Shown here: in pieces, positions 7,185-15,520 of the stretch | Layout: every line of letters begins with the position of its first letter | Position numbering within the stretch: the stretch's first letter is position 1 | DNA from: Candidatus Iainarchaeum sp. | GTDB lineage: Archaea; Micrarchaeota; Micrarchaeia; Anstonellales; Bilamarchaeaceae | Assembly: GCA_028686985.1 (NCBI GenBank) | Contig: JAQUBA010000002.1 | Coordinates: 20,745 to 84,744 of the forward strand | Length of the DNA: 64,000 nt | Direction of reading: 5' to 3' | Made by a program: the position numbers and the translations under genes | Notes under the pieces: model-generated | What the model saw: only the letters and a program-made list of their open reading frames with translations | The model's database searches: none | What the model was told of the DNA's origin: nothing

Positions 7185-10004
7185 ATGTACGATCATAAGA
7201 AAGTAGAATCCGAAACACTGAAGCTTTGGGAGAAGGAAGGCACATACGCGAAGGTAAAGGAGAGCCGCTCCTCCGGGGAGCGCTACTACTTCTGCGACGG
7301 CCCCCCCTACGCGACCGGCCAGATTCACCCCGGCACCGGCTGGAACAAGTGCGCAAAGGACGCCCTCTGCAGGTACTGGAGGGGCAAGGGCAGGAACGTC
7401 CGGGTCCAGCCGGGCTACGATACCCATGGCCTGCCCATAGAGGTGAAAGTGGAAAAGGAGATGGGCATAAAGAACAAGCAGGAGATAGAGGAAAAAGGGA
7501 TAGAGAAGTTCATAAACAACTGCAAGCAGTTCGCCACCAAATACGTGGGGGTGATGGAGGGCCAGTTCACTTCGCTCGGCGTGTGGATGGACTGGGATAA
7601 CCCCTATCTCACATACAAGGACGCATACATAGAGTCCTCCTGGGGCACGATTGCGAAGGCGCACGAGAAGGGGCTCCTGAAGGAGGGCATCTACGTCCTC
7701 CCGCTCTGCTATAGGTGCGAGACCACGATGGCGAACTACGAGCTGGAGTACGGCGAAGAAACGGACCCCAGCATCTACGTCAAGTTCCGCGTGAAAGGGA
7801 GGGACAACGAATTCCTCGTCATTTGGACGACCACGCCCTGGACGCTCGTGTCCAACATGGCGGTCATGGTGCACCCCAACCTCCCGTATGTGCGGGTAAA
7901 GGTGGGGAATGAGGTTTGGATACTCGCGAAGGACCGCATGGACCAGGTGTTTGGCCTCCTTGGGCTGAGCGGAACAGTGTTGGAGGAGTCCATAGGCAAG
8001 AAGCTGGGCGGGCTGCAATACGAGCATCCTTTTGATGACCTCATAGGCAAGCAGTACGACCGCAAGGTCGTCCTAAGCGACGAATTCGTCACGCTGGAGG
8101 ACGGTTCCGGGCTCGTGCACTGCGCGCCGGGCCACGGCCCCGAGGACTTCATAATCGGGAAGCGCTTCGGGATAGAGGCGTTCTCGCCAGTGAACGAGGC
8201 GGGCAACTACACCGGGGAGGCGGGGCAGTTCGCGGGCAGGAACGTCCGCGCCGAGAATCCGGCCATAATAGAAATCCTGAAGGAGAGGGGCGCGCTGCTC
8301 CACGAATCCAGGATAAAGCACCGCTACCCGCACTGCTGGAGGTGCAAGACCCCCCTCATCTTCCTCACGACCAACCAGTGGTTCATAGAGATTTCCAAGA
8401 TGAAGGACGCGATGCTCGCGGAGATAGACAACACCCGCTGGCAGCCGGACTTCGCCCAGACGCGCTTCCGCGAGTTCGTCACAAACGCGCCGGACTGGTG
8501 CATCTCGCGCCAAAGGTACTGGGGCATCCCCCTCCCCATATGGAAATGCGCCTCCTGCGCAAAGATAAGGGTGCTAGGGGACGCCTCCGAGCTGAAGGGG
8601 ATAAAGGAGCTCCACCGCCCGTATATAGACGCTTACAAATTCAAGTGCGAATGCGGCGGGGAGATGGAGAGGGTGAAGGACGTCCTGGACGTGTGGTTCG
8701 ACTCCGGGAACGCGGTATGGGCCTCGCTCACTCCTGAGGAGAGGAAAACATACGGCCAGGCGGACGCAATCCTTGAGGGCCAGGACCAGATAAGGGGATG
8801 GTTCTATTCCCTGCTCGGCTCCGGCATGGTGAAGGACGGCCGCTCCCCCTACAAAAGGGTGGTGATGCACGGCTTCTTCGTTGACGAGCACGGGGACAAG
8901 ATGAGCAAGTCCGTGGGCAACTTCGTCCCGCTGGAGGAAATCCTTGAGAAAGGCGGCGCGGACGCATTCCGCCTCTGGGGCTTGTCCAACACTTTATGGG
9001 AGGAGCAGAAGTTCAGCTGGAACGAGATAAAGGAGGCGCACGGCACGCTGGACATACTCATGAACCTTTACGTGTATCTCACGCGCTTCCATCCGGGCAA
9101 GAAGGCGTCCGGCGCGGAGCTCGCTTTGGAGGACAAATGGCTCCTCTCCCGCCTCAATTCCACCCTGAAGGAATACAACGCCGCGTTTGAGGAATACGAG
9201 ATGAGCCGGGCCGTGAAGGCGGTGAAGTCCTTCCTTGTTGAGGACCTCAGCAAGTTTTACATGAAGGTCGCCAAGGAGCGCATCGCGAGGGGCGAGGGCG
9301 ACGGCGCCCTCTACGCACTCTATGAATCCGTGTTCGGAACCCTGAAGATGCTTTCCCCCATCTGCCCGTTCGTTTCCGAGTACATCTACCACGGCTTCTT
9401 CATGAAGCCGGAGAAGGAGAAGAGCATTTCGCTGTTTTCAATCCCGGACGCGGACCAGTCCCTCACAGACCCGGTCCTGGAGAAGAGGTTCGAGCTGGCG
9501 CGTGGGCTGCTCCCCGCATTCCTTGAGCTGAGGCAGAAGGCAGGGGTGAAGCTGCGCTGGCCGCTCGCAGAGGCGTACGTGAAAACGTCCTCACACGAGC
9601 TGGCGGAGGCGGTGGACTCGCTTGCGCCCATCCTTTCCAAACTGATAAACGTGAAGGGCATCTCCGCAGGCGAGGAGGACAGGCAGTTCCCGTCCGCCGA
9701 AGTGCCCTTGGGCAGGATATTCATAGACGCCGAGGTGAGGCAGGACCTCTACGAGGAGGCGATGCGCAACGAGGTCGTGCGCAGGATACAGCTCCTCCGC
9801 AAGGAGCTTAATCTCGTGGAGAAGGACGCCATAACCGTCGCCATAGACTCGGAGAAGGAACTGGCTGAAATAATCCAGAGGAACTCGGGCCGCATCTCCG
9901 ATGCGACGAATGCGAAGGAGCTGTCCTTCGCGAGCCTGCCTGAAAAGGAGAGGCGCTGGGAAATAGACGGAAGGGAGATTAGGATAAAAGTAAAGAAAGC
10001 CTGA
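7185..10004 (+). CDS. ileS: Isoleucyl-tRNA synthetase (class I), compact form
   Basis: 939 aa; DGPPYATGQIH N-terminal motif, DWCISRQRYWGIPLPIWKCASCAK zinc-knuckle region, KMSKSVGN; first signature reads HPGT rather than HIGH. Confidence 0.75.
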   Translation: MYDHKKVESETLKLWEKEGTYAKVKESRSSGERYYFCDGPPYATGQIHPGTGWNKCAKDALCRYWRGKGRNVRVQPGYDTHGLPIEVKVEKEMGIKNKQEIEEKGIEKFINNCKQFATKYVGVMEGQFTSLGVWMDWDNPYLTYKDAYIESSWGTIAKAHEKGLLKEGIYVLPLCYRCETTMANYELEYGEETDPSIYVKFRVKGRDNEFLVIWTTTPWTLVSNMAVMVHPNLPYVRVKVGNEVWILAKDRMDQVFGLLGLSGTVLEESIGKKLGGLQYEHPFDDLIGKQYDRKVVLSDEFVTLEDGSGLVHCAPGHGPEDFIIGKRFGIEAFSPVNEAGNYTGEAGQFAGRNVRAENPAIIEILKERGALLHESRIKHRYPHCWRCKTPLIFLTTNQWFIEISKMKDAMLAEIDNTRWQPDFAQTRFREFVTNAPDWCISRQRYWGIPLPIWKCASCAKIRVLGDASELKGIKELHRPYIDAYKFKCECGGEMERVKDVLDVWFDSGNAVWASLTPEERKTYGQADAILEGQDQIRGWFYSLLGSGMVKDGRSPYKRVVMHGFFVDEHGDKMSKSVGNFVPLEEILEKGGADAFRLWGLSNTLWEEQKFSWNEIKEAHGTLDILMNLYVYLTRFHPGKKASGAELALEDKWLLSRLNSTLKEYNAAFEEYEMSRAVKAVKSFLVEDLSKFYMKVAKERIARGEGDGALYALYESVFGTLKMLSPICPFVSEYIYHGFFMKPEKEKSISLFSIPDADQSLTDPVLEKRFELARGLLPAFLELRQKAGVKLRWPLAEAYVKTSSHELAEAVDSLAPILSKLINVKGISAGEEDRQFPSAEVPLGRIFIDAEVRQDLYEEAMRNEVVRRIQLLRKELNLVEKDAITVAIDSEKELAEIIQRNSGRISDATNAKELSFASLPEKERRWEIDGREIRIKVKKA

Positions 10005-10006
10005 CC

Positions 10007-10255
10007 TTATCTCCTGCCGCGGGGCCTTCTGAAGTCCCTGGGGAAGTATTCTTCCTCAACCTTCTTCTCCACCTTCTTGTATTCAGACCTCTTCCCCATC
10101 TTCGTCCAGCAGTCCTTGCAGATGCAGAGCTTCTCGGTCCTTGACGGCTTCCTGCAGCTCTTTATGCAATTCACGCAGAGCACCCTCTTGCAGTATCCGC
10201 ACTTCTCGGTCTTGACCGTCTTCGCACCGCACCTTACGCAAACTTCTATAGCCAT
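10007..10255 (-). CDS. Small cysteine-rich zinc-ribbon protein with basic tail
   Basis: 82 aa; CVRCG...CGYCKRVLCVNC...CICKDC; C-terminal RRPRGRR. Confidence 0.4.
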   Translation of the reverse strand: MAIEVCVRCGAKTVKTEKCGYCKRVLCVNCIKSCRKPSRTEKLCICKDCWTKMGKRSEYKKVEKKVEEEYFPRDFRRPRGRR

Positions 10256-10299
10256 AAATGCACCTAATGAGCGTTGTGGAATAATATCCCGGAAAGCAT

Positions 10300-10659
10300 T
10301 TATAAAGTCTTACCATCAGCCCACAGGAAGGCCTTTGCAAGCAGCTTTGCATTAAGCGCGACCGCCTTCACGCCGGTGGCTATCGCGAACGCAAGTATGA
10401 AGCCGTTCTCGTTCAGGAAGAAGAGCACCAGCCAGAGGGCAGGGAAGAACAGGTTCTTTATCGCGGCTGCCGGGAATTCCGCCAGTTCCTTCATTTCGTT
10501 CCCCGCGGGCTTCTCGCCCACAGCGAGCCCCTCAAACATGAACACCATTATCGCGCCGATGCCCGCCAGCAGGAACTGCCCCGAGCCGATGAGGGAGAAA
10601 ATCCCGAAGAAAAGGAGAAGCTCCCCGAACCAGGAGCCCAGCCCCGTAGCCCAGCTCAT
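10300..10659 (-). CDS. Hypothetical membrane protein
   Basis: 119 aa, hydrophobic helices; 4-bp overlap with enolase stop. Confidence 0.4.
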   Translation of the reverse strand: MSWATGLGSWFGELLLFFGIFSLIGSGQFLLAGIGAIMVFMFEGLAVGEKPAGNEMKELAEFPAAAIKNLFFPALWLVLFFLNENGFILAFAIATGVKAVALNAKLLAKAFLWADGKTL

Positions 10660-11891
10660 TTGAATGCCTTCGCGTACGTGTTCCCCACCTTCTCCTCTAT
10701 CCTCAATAGCTGGTTATATTTGGAAGTCCTCTCACCCCTCGCGGGCGCCCCGGCCTTTATCTGCCCCGCGTCCATCCCCACCGCGAAGTCCGCTATGAAA
10801 TTGTCCTCGGTCTCGCCCGAGCGGTGGCTCACCACCACGTTCCATCCCGCCCTTTTCGCCATTTTTGCCGCGGAAACCGCCTCCGTGACCGTACCTATCT
10901 GGTTTATCTTGAGCAGGAGCGCGTTGCATGCCTTCTTCCTTATCGCCGTCTTTATCCGCGCCGCATTGGTGCAGAGCAGATCATCCCCCACCACCTGCAT
11001 TTTTGCCCCATGCTTCCTCGTGAACTCGGCGAACCCGTCAAAATCCTCCTCGTCCAGCGGGTCCTCCACGCTGATTACGGGATAGGATGAAATCACCTCC
11101 CCCAAATAATCAATCAATTCCCCGCCGCCCAGCGTTTTCCCGTCTATCGCATACTTCCCGTCCGCATAGAATGAAGAAGAGGCGCAGTCCATCCCTATCC
11201 TCATCTCATTTAAGTATCCCGCCTCATTAATCGCCTGCACAAGCGCCTCCAGCGCCTCCCTCGTCTCCGTCATCGGGGGCGCGAACCCGCCCTCATCCCC
11301 GACGTTTATCGCGCCTTTTCCGTACTTCCCTTCCAGAATCTTCTTCAGCGCATGGTAGGTTTCCGCCGCATACCTCAGCCCCTCCCTGAAAGAGGGCGCA
11401 TGCGCCGGGATAATCATGAACTCCTGTATCGCGAGCAGGCCTCCCGCATGCTTTCCCCCGTTGATTACGTTCAGCATGGGCACAGGGAGCGTCTTCCCGC
11501 CCAGGTACTCATAAACTTCCTTCCTCTTCCCGTTCGCCGCGGCCCTCATCACGGCCATGGACGTAGCCACGGTCGCGTTCGCGCCCAGTTTCCCCTTGTT
11601 CGGCGTCCCGTCCAGCTCAATCATCTTCGCATCTATTTTCTTTTGATTAGTGTTCATCCCAATGAGCGCAGGAGCGATATGCTTATTCACATTCCCCACC
11701 GCGTTGAGCATGCCCTTTCCGCCATACCTGTTCCCGCCGTCCCGCAGCTCCAGCGCCTCATGCACGCCCGTGGAAGCCCCCGAAGGGGCGGTGCCCCTCC
11801 CGAACCCCCTTCCCGCCCGCACGTCCACCTGCACGGTGGGGTTTCCGCGCGAGTCCAGGACCTCCCTTGCAAAAACAGAAGTGATTTTCAT
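10656..11891 (-). CDS. eno: Enolase (phosphopyruvate hydratase)
   Basis: 411 aa; N-terminus MKITSVFAREVLDSRGNPTVQVDV and full-length enolase architecture. Confidence 0.92.
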   Translation of the reverse strand: MKITSVFAREVLDSRGNPTVQVDVRAGRGFGRGTAPSGASTGVHEALELRDGGNRYGGKGMLNAVGNVNKHIAPALIGMNTNQKKIDAKMIELDGTPNKGKLGANATVATSMAVMRAAANGKRKEVYEYLGGKTLPVPMLNVINGGKHAGGLLAIQEFMIIPAHAPSFREGLRYAAETYHALKKILEGKYGKGAINVGDEGGFAPPMTETREALEALVQAINEAGYLNEMRIGMDCASSSFYADGKYAIDGKTLGGGELIDYLGEVISSYPVISVEDPLDEEDFDGFAEFTRKHGAKMQVVGDDLLCTNAARIKTAIRKKACNALLLKINQIGTVTEAVSAAKMAKRAGWNVVVSHRSGETEDNFIADFAVGMDAGQIKAGAPARGERTSKYNQLLRIEEKVGNTYAKAFK

Positions 11892-11939
11892 GGTCTAGGA
11901 TAGGAAGATAAGTAATAAAACCCTATATTCCGTTCTAAT

Positions 11940-13055
11940 ATGCGTATGCTTCTAAAACTTAAATCAGGCACTTCCATCCAGAACCTTCTCAAGGAATGCG
12001 GAATCTGCTCGCAGGAAGTCCTCGTATTCATAGACGGCAAAATCTCACCCGAAACATCTATTGCAAAGAAAGGGCAGGAAGTATCCATAATCTATTTCAA
12101 GCACGGGGCCCCCCAGTCCGGAAGCGCCCTGCACAAGCAGAGGAAATTTGAGAAATGCGAGTGCGGCGGGATTCCGGTTTATTACGCGCCCCACATCGGA
12201 AGGCACTTCTGCAAAAAACACTTCTTGGAATATTTTGAGAAGAAAGCCAAATTGGAGATAAGGAAGAAGGATTTGATAAAGAAAAATGAGAAAATCGCGC
12301 TCGGCCTCTCCGGAGGGAAAGATTCCTTCTCCATGCTGCATTTCCTTTCCCATCTCAAGGAAGCGCTTCCTTTCCAATTTTTTGCCATAACCGTGGATGA
12401 AGGCGTTCGCGGATACCGCGAGCACACAATCAGCCGCGCCAAGAAATTCTGCAAAAAGCTGAAGGTAAAGCATTGCATTTATTCATTCGGGAAAGAAGAG
12501 GGCGTCACCCTCGATTCCCTCGCAAAAGAGGGGAAGGCGAACTGCTCAGTATGCGCAGTTTTGAGGCGGCGCCTCCTCAACTCCAAATCCAGAAAACTGG
12601 GCGCCTCCAAACTGGTAATCGCCCACAACCTTGACGACACCGCCCAGACCGTCCTCCTCAATGTAGTAAGGAACGAGCCCCTCCGTTTCGCAAGGATGGA
12701 AGAGCCATTGGTGCAGAGCAAATCCCTCATCCAGCGCATAAAGCCCTTCGCAACCCTTTCAGAAAAGGAGGTGGCAACCTATGCATACCTCCACGGATAC
12801 GATTACGGCGAGGGCGCCTGCTGCTGCCCTTATGTCCAGCATGCAATCCGCCGCTTCCTCCGCCACCAATTAAATCTAATGGAAGAGGCATACCCCAGCA
12901 CCAAGCTCCGCATTTCCGCGAGCGGGCACACCATCCAGGATGCGATACGCAAGACAATTCCCAAGGAAAAGCTCCGCATAAACTCATGCACAATATGCGG
13001 CGAGCCGTCCGCCCACGAAGTCTGCAAAGCCTGCGCGGCGCTCGCGAAGCGTTAA
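11940..13055 (+). CDS. TtuA/NcsA-family PP-loop tRNA thiolase with N-terminal beta-grasp(ThiS/MoaD)-like extension
   Basis: 371 aa; PP-loop LGLSGGKDSFSM; N- and C-terminal Zn fingers (CECGG...CKKH; CTICGEPSAHEVCKAC); first ~60 aa resemble a ThiS-like fold. Confidence 0.65.
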   Translation: MRMLLKLKSGTSIQNLLKECGICSQEVLVFIDGKISPETSIAKKGQEVSIIYFKHGAPQSGSALHKQRKFEKCECGGIPVYYAPHIGRHFCKKHFLEYFEKKAKLEIRKKDLIKKNEKIALGLSGGKDSFSMLHFLSHLKEALPFQFFAITVDEGVRGYREHTISRAKKFCKKLKVKHCIYSFGKEEGVTLDSLAKEGKANCSVCAVLRRRLLNSKSRKLGASKLVIAHNLDDTAQTVLLNVVRNEPLRFARMEEPLVQSKSLIQRIKPFATLSEKEVATYAYLHGYDYGEGACCCPYVQHAIRRFLRHQLNLMEEAYPSTKLRISASGHTIQDAIRKTIPKEKLRINSCTICGEPSAHEVCKACAALAKR

Positions 13056-13080
13056 ATATTTTCCTTACTCTTCTCCATCC

Positions 13081-13851
13081 ATGGAGCTCTTTTTCATAGG
13101 CACGGGCGGCGGAAGGATAAACCTGCTCAGGCGCTTCCGCAGCAATGGCGGCTTCCGCATAAACGGCTCATTAAACATCCACGTGGACCCCGGCCCCGGC
13201 GCACTCGCCGACGGCATGAGGCACAAGCAGGACCCCCTGAAACTGGACGCCGTAGTCGTCACGCACCACCACATAGACCACTGCAACGACGCCTCCCTCA
13301 TGGTGGAGGGCATGAGCCATTTCGGATTGAAGAAGAATGGCATCCTCATCGGCTCAAGGCAGGTAATAGGAGGGGACGAAAAAGGCGACAGGGGCGTGGA
13401 CCTCTTCCACCAGTCCCTCTGCGAGGAAATATTCACCGCAACCCCCGGAAAGAAAAAATCCTTCAAAACAAAGGACGGGGAATTCTCGCTGGGCTGCGTG
13501 AAGGCGGTGCATGATTCCATAGATGCGTTCGGCTTCAAGCTGGAGATGGACGGAAAAACGATAGGATACACTAGCGACACCGAATATTACAAGGGGATAG
13601 AGGACAATTACAAGGGATGCGACGTCCTTGTGATAAACGTAATCAAGCCGGCGGAGGACCCCTACGAGGGCCACATGAATGCCCATCAGGCAAAGGAGCT
13701 AATCAAGAAGGCGAAGCCGGGCCTCGCGATACTCTCCCATCTGGGCATGAAGATGATTTTCGGCAAGGCGGACATGCTCGCAAAGGAAATATGGAAGGAA
13801 ACAAAAGTGAAGACAATCGCGGCAAGGGACGGGATGGGAATCCGGCTCTAG
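13081..13851 (+). CDS. Metallo-beta-lactamase-fold hydrolase (RNase Z-like small form)
   Basis: 256 aa; FIGTGGG N-terminus and VVTHHHIDH zinc motif. Confidence 0.65.
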   Translation: MELFFIGTGGGRINLLRRFRSNGGFRINGSLNIHVDPGPGALADGMRHKQDPLKLDAVVVTHHHIDHCNDASLMVEGMSHFGLKKNGILIGSRQVIGGDEKGDRGVDLFHQSLCEEIFTATPGKKKSFKTKDGEFSLGCVKAVHDSIDAFGFKLEMDGKTIGYTSDTEYYKGIEDNYKGCDVLVINVIKPAEDPYEGHMNAHQAKELIKKAKPGLAILSHLGMKMIFGKADMLAKEIWKETKVKTIAARDGMGIRL

Positions 13852-14558
13852 ACCATTCTCCTATTATCGTTGGCCATCTGCCCCCGCAGTTCCAGCCATG
13901 CCTTTATCCCCCGGCGGGCATTTTCGCTGCTCCCTCCGTAATACTTGCTCCCTTCCCTGCATACCTCTAATTCCGCTTCCCTGCGTATTATCCCACCCAG
14001 GGTTTTCTCGTCCAGCCTCTCAATTATCCTAATATCCTCCACATCCACAAGCCCTTCCACAACATGGAGGGTTTTCCCGTCCTTCGTGGCCATTTCGCCC
14101 AGCCTGCCATCCGCGCCCCTTATCGCAAGAATGAGCATCCTTGTGCTCCCCCCGAATATGCCGTTCCTCCTGAGCGACCGCCCATCTTCATACGGGTCAT
14201 TGTTTATCGTGTTCCCGGATTCCATTATCGCATCGTACAGCCCCGTCCCCACCATCAGCATGGGGAAAGGCGCGGACTCCGCGCCCGCCCGGACCTCGGT
14301 ATCAAACAGCCCCATCCTCCCGTATCTCCGCACGCTGTCCGCAAGCGCCCTGAGGATGCTGGCGCTCTGCATCTGGGCGAATACGATTTTCCCGCGCCCA
14401 TCAAATCCCTTTTTTTCCTCTCTCTCAACAGCCCTCCCCAGCTTTTCAAAGGCCCTCATGAGGTTCCCGTTCCCCTTGGTCCTTTTTACGGTGCAGGAAG
14501 GCACAACCGCATTCATCCTTATCCGTATAACACGCCTTTCATCCGCCATGCAGCTCAC
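13848..14558 (-). CDS. Hypothetical protein (second gene of a two-gene overlapping operon)
   Basis: 236 aa; 4-bp start/stop overlap with upstream ORF 14555..15466 and with the MBL gene end; no family recognised by eye. Confidence 0.4.
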   Translation of the reverse strand: MSCMADERRVIRIRMNAVVPSCTVKRTKGNGNLMRAFEKLGRAVEREEKKGFDGRGKIVFAQMQSASILRALADSVRRYGRMGLFDTEVRAGAESAPFPMLMVGTGLYDAIMESGNTINNDPYEDGRSLRRNGIFGGSTRMLILAIRGADGRLGEMATKDGKTLHVVEGLVDVEDIRIIERLDEKTLGGIIRREAELEVCREGSKYYGGSSENARRGIKAWLELRGQMANDNRRMV

Positions 14559-15466
14559 CAGCTCAGGCCGGGCCTCTCGGAGGACAATTCAATCTGCGCA
14601 ATCCCCGCCATCATCTCGGCCGCCATCTCCTTCGCCCCCTTCTCGCTGCGCAGGATTTCCACCCTGGCCTCCGCGGCGCAGAGGTCCTCCAGGAGCCTCG
14701 GCACCTTCACTTCCTTCCCCTTTCTGCCCCCTTCACCAGGGTCCTTTGTGCCGATTTCCGCATCAGCGCCGGGCCTCGCCATGAACCTCAGGCTGCCCAC
14801 TATCGTTATGTCCTCCAGCGGCACTTCCCTCGCCACCGCGTAAAGCCCCGGTTCCCCTTCCACCGAAAGGATGCCGCGCCCCCACGGGCACTCGGCGGCG
14901 TCCGCCGCGGGAACCGCAACCACCATCTCGCTTGCCCGCACGGTTGCGCCTATGCACGCGAGCATGTCGCGCATGCGCGCATGGTGGCCCCTTTCCAGGG
15001 GAAGCCCGCGCAGCGTGGAGAGGAGCGAGCTCCTCCCGAACACTATGGGGAGCGTGCTGCCCTGGATGCCCGTCGTGTCTGAAACGTATGATGGGGTTCC
15101 ATTGAACTCAAAACCAGCCTCACCGCTGCGCAGCATGCGGCCGAGCACGTTCCAGGCAAAGGCCACGGTGGTCGTCCTGAAATAAATCATGCCCGCCCCC
15201 AGGGTGAGCCTTCCTGCCAGCGGCCGTTCGCTGAGCGCCCAGCCACATCCCCTTTTATGCAGCTCCCCCGCCACGGGCACATGCCTCTCGCCGATGTCAA
15301 GCTCCCTGCCGCGGCGTATCGCATCGCGTATCTTATTCGCCGCCTCAACCGCCGCCCTTCCCCTGAATTCCGCCTCCGGGAAGTGCCTGCACCCATGTAT
15401 GATTGTGCGTGGCCCGTTCATGTCAATAATTCTGTGAAATACTGTTTTTAATACATTCTTACACAC
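14555..15466 (-). CDS. Hypothetical protein (first gene of overlapping two-gene operon, divergent from valS)
   Basis: 303 aa, coding-like composition; translationally coupled to 13848..14558. Confidence 0.4.
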   Translation of the reverse strand: MCKNVLKTVFHRIIDMNGPRTIIHGCRHFPEAEFRGRAAVEAANKIRDAIRRGRELDIGERHVPVAGELHKRGCGWALSERPLAGRLTLGAGMIYFRTTTVAFAWNVLGRMLRSGEAGFEFNGTPSYVSDTTGIQGSTLPIVFGRSSLLSTLRGLPLERGHHARMRDMLACIGATVRASEMVVAVPAADAAECPWGRGILSVEGEPGLYAVAREVPLEDITIVGSLRFMARPGADAEIGTKDPGEGGRKGKEVKVPRLLEDLCAAEARVEILRSEKGAKEMAAEMMAGIAQIELSSERPGLSW

Positions 15467-15520
15467 CGGCCGCCCCCGAATACCTATTTATTCCTTTCCA
15501 ACCAATTTCCTATTCTCACG

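Noticed and set aside
6345-8027. 560-aa minus-strand ORF antisense to ileS
   Set aside because: H/R/P/L-rich, no start context. Lies entirely inside the well-supported IleRS gene. A typical long antisense ORF of a GC-rich genome.
13945-14843. Two plus-strand ORFs (279 and 259 aa) overlapping the minus-strand gene pair
   Set aside because: Extremely Pro/Ser/Arg-rich. The minus-strand pair shows start/stop coupling and more protein-like composition.
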